Positions 24,500 through 34,603 of a DNA stretch of 64,000 nt are shown piece by piece; within the stretch, counting starts at the first letter, position 1; every line of letters begins with the position of its first letter. The notes under the pieces are model-generated. The model was given only the letters and a program-made list of their open reading frames with translations. It was not told the origin of the DNA and made no database searches. The stretch lies in contig JBNRSN020000001.1 of the NCBI GenBank assembly GCA_051313645.2, positions 238,142,001 through 238,206,000 of the forward strand, in the 5' to 3' direction. Both the position numbers and the translations under genes were made by a program. This stretch comes from Centroscyllium fabricii (Eukaryota).

Positions 24500-27400
24500 A
24501 TGGTAAACCCAAGAAACCAAGCTCCACGAACGCAGGGAGCTGGACAGAACGCCGGACGTGGATTGACTCTACCCGAGTTCTGGGAGCAACGGCCAGCGGC
24601 CTGGTTCATCTGTATTGAGGCCAGCTGCCGCACACATGGCATTCAAGGGGACGACCGCTACGACCTGGTGTTCTCAGCCCTACCACAGACGACGATTGAT
24701 CGGATGTGGTCAAAAATCCAGCGCGTGCCCGTCGCAGGCAGGTATGAAACGCTTAAGGCCGCGCTTATCAAAAAATTCACCCCCCCCCAATTCGAGCGCG
24801 ACTGACAGCTCCTCGACCTCCCCGAACTCGGGGACGCAGACCCATCGGACCTCCTAGGTCAGATGCAAGCGCTCACACCCAACTTGGCCTCCCTCTTCCG
24901 CACCGTCTTCCTCCTCAAACTGCCCCGCGCCATCAGACCGGCCTTGGCGGCCCTTGGCCACCGGAGCGATGACGAACTCGGAGAGGAGGCCAACAGGCTC
25001 ATGGAGGCGCAGCGCACCCGCTCTACCACGTGCGAACCTAACTCCACATCGGTAGCGCGCAGCCAGTCACCCCCCAGGCACAACTTTACGCCTGAACCTA
25101 GGGCCCCGCGCCCGCCCAGACAACCGCGTCCCTCTAGCACCGGCTGGTGCTATTACCACACGCGGTTCGAACACAAAGCGCACCGCAGCGTCCAGCCATG
25201 CGCGTTCAAGCCACGGCCCAACTCAGCCCCCACCATATCTGTAGGCCACACAGGAGCACTGCTCTTCGCCACAGACAGCGGTACAGGCCTCAGGTTCCTC
25301 TGCGACACAGGCGCGCAGCACAGCATTGTGCCAGCCTCCCCAGCAGAAACCAAACGAGGTACCCGGGGCCCGCCACTAGCGGCAGCCAACGGCTCTAATA
25401 TAAAAACGTACGGCACCCGCAAGCTAACTATAACCCTTGCAAGCCACGCGTACACCTGGGATTTTGTAACGGCCCAGGTCACTTCTCCCCTCCTCGGGGC
25501 AGACTTCCTCTGCACCTACGGCCTACTGGTCGATGTAACTCGGCGCCGCTTGGTGAATATAAACACCATGACGACCATCCCATGCTCCACAGGGCCCGCA
25601 CTCCTGGCCCACGCGGCAGCCCAATGCCGCTCCAGGGACTCCGATGCCTACGGCACGCTCCTGGCAGAGTTCCCCGCCCTAACCAACCCCACGTTCACCG
25701 CCCGCAAGGCCAAACACGGGGTGGAACATTTCATAACTACCACAGGCCCTCCTGTCCATGCCCACGCCCGTAGGCTCGACCCGGCCAAGCAGGAGATCGC
25801 GCGCACCGAGTTCCGCACTATGGAACAACTCGGTATAATCCGCCGCTCCAGCAGCCCCTGGTCCGCTCCGCTCCACATAGCCCCCAAGCCCGACGGAGGC
25901 TGGCGCCCCTGCGGCGACTACCGCCGCCTTAACAATGCCACCACCACGGATAGGTACCCCGTACCCCACATCCAGGATTTTTCCGCCAGACTAGCGGGTT
26001 GTACGATCTTTTCTAAGATCGACCTGGTGCGTGGCTACCACCAGGTTCCGGTACACCCGGCGGACATTCCTAAAACGGCCGTAATTACCCCCTTCGGACT
26101 CTTCGAGTTTCTTAGGATGCCCTTCGGCCTTAAAAACGCGGCCCAGGCCTTCCAGCGCCTCATGGACTCGGTCCTACGGGACTTGAAGTTCATCTTCGTC
26201 TACTTAGACGACATCCTCGTGGCCAGCACCTCCCCCCAGGAACACCTCCTGCACCTCAGGACCCTGTTCCAATGCCTTACTGAACACGGCCTTATCTTAA
26301 GCCCCACTAAGTGTAAGTTCGGCCTCGAGACCATTGACTTCCTCGGCCACCGCATTTCCCAAACAGGGGCCATAGCCCTGCCCTCTAAGGTGCAGGCGGT
26401 ACAAGAATTCCCCCGCCCGCACTCCATTAAAGGGCTGCAGGAATTTCTGGGGATGGTTAATTTTTATAACCGCTTCATCCCGGGAGCAGCCGCTCTCATG
26501 GCCCCCTTATACCAGGCCACCCACGGGCAGTCCAATAAGGCTGCGGTCGAGTGGACGGCCGAAGCCGCCACCGCCTTTACCGCAACTAAAACCGCCCTGG
26601 CAAACGCCACCCTCCTAGCCCACCCTAGGCCCAACGCCAGAGTTGCCCTCACCACCGACGCCTCCGACCACGCGGTCGGGGCCGTATTTGAGCAGTGGAC
26701 CGGCAACTCGTGGCAGCCCTTGGCCTTTTTCAGCCGGCAACTCCGGCCCCCAGAGGTTAAATACAGCGCCTTTGATAGGGAGCTCCTCGCTCTCCATCTG
26801 GCGGTACGACATTTTCGTTTCCTCTTGGAGGGCCGCCACTTTACAGCCTTCAGCGACCATAAACCACTCACATATGCGATGGCTAAGGTCGCTGAACCCT
26901 GGTCGGCCAGGCAGCAGCGCCAACTCGCGGCCGTGTCGGAATTTACAACCGACATTCAGCATATTTCCGGCCGCGACAACGTGGTCGCTGACTGCCTCTC
27001 ACGCCCCACCATTAACGCCGCCCAAATGGCGGTCGATTACGCCCAGCTGGCCGCTGACCAGCTGGCCGACCCCAACCTACTCAACGCAGCAACTAATCTC
27101 CCTGGCCTCCACTTGGCCAATATCGCGCACGGCCCCGCTGCCACCGTCGTCTGCTGCGACGTATCCTTACCGCAACCCAGGCCCGTCGTGCCCCACGCTT
27201 GGAGGCAACATATCTTTAGGACCCTCCATGACCTGTCCCACCCCGGCGCCCGTGTGTCCATTAAGTTAATATCGGCCCGTTTCGTATGGCGCAGCCTGCG
27301 CAAAGATGTCCGCGCCTGGGCCAGCTCCTGCATAGCCTGCCAGCGCTCCAAAGTGCATAAGCACATCAGGGCACCGCTGGAAAATTTTAAAGTACCGGCC

Positions 27401-28327
27401 AGGCGTTTTGACCATGTCCACATCGATCTCGTCGGGCCACTACCGCCATCCCGGGGCCACACGCACCTAATGACCATGGTCGACCGCAACACTCGCTGGC
27501 CAGAAGCAGTCCCCCTCACCGCCACCGGCACCACGGACTTGGCCAGGGCGTTCATCGCCACCTGGGTCGCCCGCTTCGGCGTGCCCACAGACATCACCTC
27601 CGACAGAGGACCCCAATTTACGTCGGCATTATGGGCGGCCATCGCCCGCGACCTCGGGGTAACGCTACACCGAACCACCGCATACTACCCACAGGCGAAC
27701 GGCCTATGCGAACGGTTCCACCGCTCGATGAAGGCATCACTACAGGCCACGCTAAAAGACGCATCGTGGACCAACCGCCTTCCATGGGTCCTCCTCGGGC
27801 TGCGCTCGGCAGTCAAAGAAGACCTCAATGCCTCGGCAGCGGAGCTTGTCTACGGCCAAACTTTAACGGTGCCGGGCGAGTTCCTGGCTGAGCCCAACGC
27901 TCCCTGGTCAGCCGACCAGTATTTAAAAGATTTTGCTAACCCGGCACGAGCTTTCCAGCCACTACCAGTGGCCTGGCACGGAGAGCCAGCAGCTCGGGTG
28001 CCGGACAACATTAAAAATGCTAAATTTGTGTTCGTCCGGCGCGACGGACACCGATCTCCACTACAGCCACCTTACGATGGCCCCTACAGAGTGCTTCGGG
28101 CAGGAGCGAAAGCTTTCGAAATACAAATGGGTAACAGGACTGACACTGTAACAATAGACCGGCTCAAGCCGGCACACGTGATAGCGGGCGAGACTACGGT
28201 CCCCGCACAACCACCTCAACGCGGTCGCCCTCCCGCAACAAAACCCGCCCACACTCCACCGCAGAACCAGAGGCTACAAGCAACACGGTCCGGCCGCATC
28301 ATCCGGCCACCCCAACGGCATACATAG
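24500..28327 (+). CDS. gag-pol: gag-pol polyprotein, single frame with one internal TGA at 24803-05
   Basis: LPEFW..RPAAWF gag, CYYH..PC CHCC-like motif, LCDTGA, YLDD, TDASD, HHCC, DDE, GPY; 1154-aa open frame after the stop. Confidence 0.9.
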
Positions 28328-28990
28328 ACACTGTCACTAGTCCTCCCGGACGGATTCTGGGGGGAGCTGTGTGGCGACACGCCCACTGGGGCATCGAATC
28401 CGCCACGGGGACTCCGCGGAGCAAAGCTTCGCTCATCCGGGTGACGCGACGACGTCACCACGTCGGCCGACGCGATGACGTCACCAACCGCGGGACCGTT
28501 TAAATATGCCTGTCTCGAGTGGTTCTCTCTCTTTCTTGTTTTGTACTAGTTGATTAAAGCTGTGTTCTCTCTAGCTCTGGCTCACGTGTGGTTCCTAGGC
28601 CTGCCGGCGCTACACTTTGATCATTTTTGGTGAGGTTACAGGATTTCTGGATGTTAGAAATGTTTTACTGGTGGCCTTGCCTGATAGTACTTGTGTGAAT
28701 GCACAGCTCACAGATGAAAAATGTATAAATGATGGTAGAATGCATGGGGTGAGGGATAGGTTTTGTTTCAAGGTTCAGAAGGGTGGAGGACACTGTGGGG
28801 TAGAACAAAAGGAGTGTGTTGCGACACAGCAAACAGGTTTTCAGTCACCACACCTTGCCATATGCCACCATTGAAGAAATCTTGACAATACACATGTTAG
28901 CCTATTTCAACAGGCTCCACGCTGCACACAACTGAACAAATGCAAAAAGTCACACAACACCAGGTTTATAGTCCAACGTTTTATTTTAAA

Positions 28991-29027
28991 TCACAAGCTT
29001 TCGGAGCGCTGCTCCTTCCTCAGGTGA
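28991..29027 (-). ncRNA. Minimal hammerhead ribozyme (inverted copy)
   Basis: Reverse complement of 29502-29538. Confidence 0.7.
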
Positions 29028-29501
29028 CAGAAGAGACTGATTTAAAGATCACACATATCGGAGGAAGGGAGAAATCCGACCTCTTCCCCTAGAGCACACA
29101 AGCATATTAGCATACCTTAACACCTCAATCTGCGAACAATGGGGCACAATTGCAAGGGTGGTCACATGCTCAAAACACACAGAATGATTTTTTTCCCCCC
29201 TTATTAAAGCAAAAAAAAACACATCAAAGGGGTGCAGTCACAGGGCCTAACGCTAGTCTGCTGTAAGTCCCACAGTATTACTTTTTTTGTGACTGCACCC
29301 CTTTGATGTGTTTTTTTTGCTTTAATAAGGGGGGAAAAAAATCATTCTGTGTGTTTTGAGCATGTGACCACCCTTGCAATTGTGCCCCATTGTTCGCAGA
29401 TTGAGGTGTTAAGGTATGCTAATATGCTTGTGTGCTCTAGGGGAAGAGGTCGGATTTCTCCCTTCCTCCGATATGTGTGATCTTTAAATCAGTCTCTTCT
29501 G

Positions 29502-29538
29502 TCACCTGAGGAAGGAGCAGCGCTCCGAAAGCTTGTGA
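29502..29538 (+). ncRNA. Minimal type I hammerhead ribozyme
   Basis: TCAC-CTGAGGA-A-GGAGC agc GCTCC-GAAA-GC-TT-GTGA: core CUGANGA/GAAA, stem II, palindromic stem III (AAGCTT), stem I TCAC/GTGA. Confidence 0.75.
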
Positions 29539-30457
29539 TTTAAAATAAAACGTTGGACTATAAACCTGGTGTTGTGTGACTTTTTGCATTTGTCCACCCC
29601 AGTCCAACACCGGCACCTCCACATTATGACAACTGAACAAGACAACTTATATCAAATGATTACTTCTGTTCCACACTCTACCATTTTAGCTATTAGCTTG
29701 CCAAGCATACAGAATCAGCATGTGATTATTTTAAACATCTTCCAGCTTGTTACTGTGGCCTTGAAATTATGTGTGATTGTTAGCTTACATACATTTAACA
29801 GGTTCATGCACAATTTCTTTGTCCAATATTTTAATGGGGGTGCTAATCCAAAGTAAATTGATTATTGTCCCAGTTAGAAGAACCCCTCAATGGAATTACA
29901 AACAAACCCGCAGCCCGAAAACAGGGGCAGTTGTGAAATGGGATGTGAACACGTTGCTATCTCTCAGCATATCTGGATCTCAACCAATGCCTGCCGTGGT
30001 GGCGGAAGCCTAGCTGGGCCAGACTACCCTGGCAGCTGCAGAGTTGCTGCAGTCTACAGCTGGGCCCTCCTAGAGCTGGCCAACCAGGAGTATCTCAAGA
30101 GTCTCTGACTGAGCTACCCGCAGTCTCTCACCTCCTATGTTGCAGCCACTTGGGAAGCCATAGAAGCACTCGACTAGGTAAGAGAGCACTTAAGACCGGT
30201 AGCAGGGGCTCATGCTAGGGTGATAATTAGTGTTCGGCATTTGTATAAAGCTGTAAAATGATAATACTTAGTGTGCAGAGAGTGCTCCTGCAATAGCTGG
30301 TGCAGTTTATTTGAGGGTGGAAAGACTGGGAGAGATGTTGGACATCACTGTTTATGCAGGGGATCAGGGAAAAATGTTTAAAGGCTTCATATAGGATGCA
30401 TATTCTGCATCAGACAAAATACAAGCTTGGAAACAATCCACTACAAATAACTCATAT

Positions 30458-30846
30458 CATAGAAACATAGAAACTAGGAGCAGGAGTAGGCCATTCGGCC
30501 CTTCGAGCCTGCTCCGCCATTCAATGAGATCATGGCTGATCATCCAAACCCAGCACCCCGCTCCTGCCCTCTCCCCATCTCCCTATCGAGCCTGCATCAA
30601 CACATATCCCACCCTATCCCCGTAACCCCACACATTCAATCCCCCTAACACTAAGGATCAATTTATCATGGCCAATCAACCTAACCCGCACATCTTTGGA
30701 CTGTGGGAGGAAACCGGAGCACCCGGAGGAAACCCACGCAGACACGGGGAGAATGTGCAAACTCCACACAGATAGTCACCCGAGGCTGGATTTGAACCCG
30801 GGTCTCCAGTGCTGTGAGGCAACGATGCTAACCACTGTGCCACCGT
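30458..30846 (-). mobile_element. HE1-like V-SINE
   Basis: Reverse complement of the 320-700 family. Confidence 0.9.
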
Positions 30847-31283
30847 AAACTGCAAGGACATAGTTGAAGTAGTTTATGTTCCACTAAGCCCTGAGGTTGG
30901 GTTAGTCCCTTCTTACGGCATTCATGACCTGTTATTGTCTAGAATGTTAATACATTTTCATTTAATGGGTCTTATCTCTGTGGTCCAATTTTTGATCTAT
31001 CGGTTTTCTGATGCCATTTGAAGATGATGATAGTAGTGTGGTGACGTAAGAGAAAGGGTATTGCTGGCTTAATAATTCCAACCTTGAACATAAATAGATC
31101 ACGTGACAAGACCTGCATTATTATCCATTCCCCCCCCCCCACCCTCATTTGCCATATCACTTACAAGAATATTCACAGGCTGCTGTATCTTCAAATCTTA
31201 CTGTCATCAGCCTGTCCGGTTAATCTAGAAATAGAGCATTTGTAATTTTAGCTTTTGTGCACTTTTCTATCTCTTCTTTAAAG

Positions 31284-31376
31284 GTACACTGAAAATTTGC
31301 ATAGGCTAATGACTGCAGATGTTCGAATTACATTAAAGAATATACATCCTGTAAAAGCTGCAAAAGCACTGAAAGG
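31284..31376 (+). CDS. Candidate host-gene exon (unidentified)
   Basis: Strong polypyrimidine/AG acceptor; only one open frame (YTENLHRLMTADVRITLKNIHPVKAAKALK); possible GTTAG donor; non-repetitive context. Confidence 0.25.
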
Positions 31377-32511
31377 GTTAGCACACTTCCTGTGTGGCTG
31401 TGACGAGCAGTTGTATCTGTATCTGTTCGAGTCACAATCAAACTGCATCCTGCACAAACCAATTTGGGTGCAGAAAAAGTAGATAGGTTGCTATAACCAG
31501 AAAGCACAGTACAATAGGTATTCGTGCAGTCAGGATGCATATTATCCTTTTCATGTCTGATCAAGAGGACGTTTAAAAAGGTTTATTTTTAGGGTTTCTT
31601 TCTGTGCTTATCTGTAAATGCTCCCCAGCAAACACAATCAGAGTCTTGTGTATAATCGCGAGATATTGAAACCTTTGCTTAGATGTATGGAAAAAGTTGT
31701 TCAAAATCCTCCAAAAGGGGTCCAGTCGTGATTTTAGCAAGCCAGCAGTCTTAAAGTCAGCAGGAGACAATGAGACTGAAATTACGCCCACTCAGGTAGT
31801 CAAAGACTAAAATTGAGAATTGACAGCTCATTGTTCTGTTCACTAAGGGACCATTGAGGTAAACAAAAATGCAGAATTTATTACCATCAGCTAAAAGCTT
31901 TTTGTACTTTTTGTATGTCTTTATGTTCAGTTTACATTTTCGATTTGAGGGCTGCTTAAAGATATATACATTCAAAAGACAGGCTTTCTGAAGTACAAGT
32001 AAATGAGAAGCAGGTATGTCTAGAGGAAATTACATGACGCGTGGTCTACCACAGAGAATGATGAGGTAAATGCCTAAATTCTTATATAGATCTTATGCAC
32101 ATTCTATGAGATTGCACGTAAGTTGATCACTTCATTACTGGAACTGGTTACAAAATACAGGAAATCAGGTTAAAAAATTGATTCCCCTTGCTTTTGTGTC
32201 CACCCTGTATTCATTTAAATTGTGGGTATGGTAGTAGAGAATGAGTTCAAAATTAACAAGCCTCAAGCAAGACTTGGAATTAGAAAGATTTTCCTCTCAC
32301 TGAGTAGTGACAATCTCAAGCAAATACCCATTTTGCAGCACTGAATTATTTCCAATAGAAATCGTTCAGTTCTGTCCTTTGTGCCAAATCTGCCCTTTGT
32401 CTATTGTGCGGTGGAACTGACAAAGGCAATTGTTTACACACGAAATTTGCACCTTGACAATTGCTCTGAAGGTACCAACATGAGCTTAATTTATGTTAAA
32501 ATCTCCTACAT

Positions 32512-33226
32512 GGGGGGGAGGGGATTTTCATGCCCCCGTGAGGCGGGGTTTTCGGCGGCTCGGCCGGCAAAATAGCGCAACCAGTGGGTCGCGACCCCCA
32601 CGCCGTATCCCCGCCGCTTTAACATTTTCCCCCGCCCTGATTCCCCGCCCCGAAACCTTCCCGCCGCCGGCCGGCGGGGATGGGTTGTCACCTCGTTAAG
32701 GGCTCTTAATTGTCATGTTTAATGCCATTTTAAGGGCCCTCAGCCAGTTTGAGCTGTTTCCTGCCCTAACTCCATCACCTTAAATCCCACTGGGTGAAAC
32801 CCAGCAGGAGCACAGTGCTGGTTATAACTTTCTCCTTCAAGGTGTGAAGGACATGCTGCCAAATGCTTGGCATGCCTCCAGCACCTTAGAGGAGTAAGTT
32901 ACTTCGCGCTGTCTGCACCAGCTGTGAGCAAACGCTGAGAAATCTCAGCTCTGCACATTTGCTCACAGCCAGTGCAGAGCTGTCAAGGATTCCGAGCCCG
33001 CCTGCCCACCTGTCAGTCACCAGCACTTGACCATTCCCATTGGTTCCACTCGACTGTGATGTCACAGTGGAGTGTTTCCATGGGAAGTGTCAACAACCAG
33101 TGCTGGAACTGTCAATCAAACTCCTCGCAGCCCCGCTGGAGCTCGACTGGATTGAGTTAATTACCACCCGCTGCCGCCGGCGGGGATTTAACAACCCAAT
33201 TAAATTAAAATAGCATGCCGAGAGGT
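32512..33226. mobile_element. MITE (family of 2275-2918), right end lost or interrupted by Gypsy C
   Basis: GGGGATTTTCATGCCCCCGTGAGGCGGGG start and shared internal palindrome. Confidence 0.75.
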
Positions 33227-33473
33227 TTTGGTAAACCACTGTTGTTCTCTATATGTTCACTCTTGTCCTGCGTGACAACCTGCCTGTGCATGCATCTGCT
33301 GGCTCTGCCCCTGGCTCCACCCACATGCCTTGGTATAAAGGTGGCTGCTCTCCAGCTCCCTGGCATTCCCTGGATCGGTCGACCACTAGAGGCATGCTCT
33401 CGTTCTTAAGCTAATAAAAGCCTGTTGTTACTTTCCTAACTTCCACTCTTTCTCAGTAATTGATAGTGTATCA
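33227..33473 (+). repeat. 5' LTR of Gypsy C
   Basis: TATAAA at 33334, AATAAA at 33413; repeat of 47056-47301. Confidence 0.93.
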
Positions 33474-33497
33474 ATTTTATTAGCTTAAAAGTTTTCA

Positions 33498-34311
33498 ATG
33501 GAGCAGATACTCAAGCCAGATCACCTAGACCTAGATCCTCAAGCGGCAGATTCATCAGCCAAGTTCGCACACTGGCTGCGATGCTTTGAATCTTTTCTAG
33601 AAGCCTCCGAAGCTTCCATCCAAAATGACGGTGACAAATTGAGAATCCTGTACTCCAAGGTGAACCACCAAGCGTATGCGCTCATACAGGATGCGTCCAC
33701 CTTCGACACGGCTCTCGACCACCTCAAAGAACAGTAGACACGCCCGGTAAGCGAGGTCTATGCCAGGCACCTCTTGGGGTCCCGCAAACAGCAGCCGGGT
33801 GAATCAATGGAGGAATATCTGCAGGCGCTGAAGGTGCTCGGCCGAGCCTGCGATTGCAAAGCAGTGTCGGCCGCAGTATATACGGAGGAGCTCATCTGGG
33901 ATGCTTTTGTCGCAGGCCTCAGGTCCAACTACACCAGACAGAGACTGTTGGAGCAGAGCGACCTCGACCTAAAAAAGGCCATGGCCCTCGCACTCTCGCT
34001 CGACATGGCCTACCGGAATATGGACGCCTACACCCCTGACCGCGCGGCAGTATCGTGGATGCCGCGGGCGCCGCCACCCTGGGACAACCATATCAAAGAG
34101 GACATTGCTAAAGCCACGACGCATGCTGTGGACGAGTCCACCCCTTTCCAGGTGGAGAGCGATGCATCGGACTTTGCCCTGGCCGCTACCCTTAACCAGG
34201 CGGGAAGACTTGTGGCCTTCTTTTCACGAACCCTCCAGGGCCCCGAAATTAGACACTCCTCTGTTGAAAAGGAGGCCCAGGCCATTGTGGAAGCTGTGCG
34301 CTATTGGAGGC
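33498..34311 (+). pseudogene. gag-pol: Gypsy C gag fused directly to RNase H (protease and RT deleted)
   Basis: MEQILKPDHLDLDPQ...; junction PPPWD|NHIKEDIAKAT..ESDASD at about 34085; stop at 33735. Confidence 0.88.
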
Positions 34312-34603
34312 TGTGGTAAACCTGTATTTCACCACTGTATTGTACCACTGTAATGATACCACAATGCACCACTGTACATATGTAGATATCGGTATACAGG
34401 AGCCTGCCTCAGCTGACCCACCTCTGACTCCTCCCCTGAGTCCAGGTATATAGGTAATTGCCTACCATCCCCCGGTCAGTACAGACCCGAGCTCAGCTGA
34501 GACATGCTCCATTCTATAGTTAATAAAAGCCTTTAGTTGAGGTAACTATTCGTCTTTGTGTCTTAATTGATGATACGTCAATTTTATTAACTATATTTTG
34601 AAC

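Larger units (their letters stand above)
24168..28614 (+). mobile_element. Near-intact Gypsy LTR retrotransposon, CsRn1-like clade
   Basis: 245-bp LTRs 24168-24412 and 28370-28614 (2 differences seen), TSD CTTT, tRNA-Trp PBS, PPT GGGGGGAG. Confidence 0.95.
28940..29628. mobile_element. Penelope-like element, inverted terminal-repeat form
   Basis: About 306-bp inverted arms 28936-29242 / 29288-29593, 3' extension to 29628, TSD ACAACTGAACAA (28928-39 / 29629-40). Confidence 0.85.
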
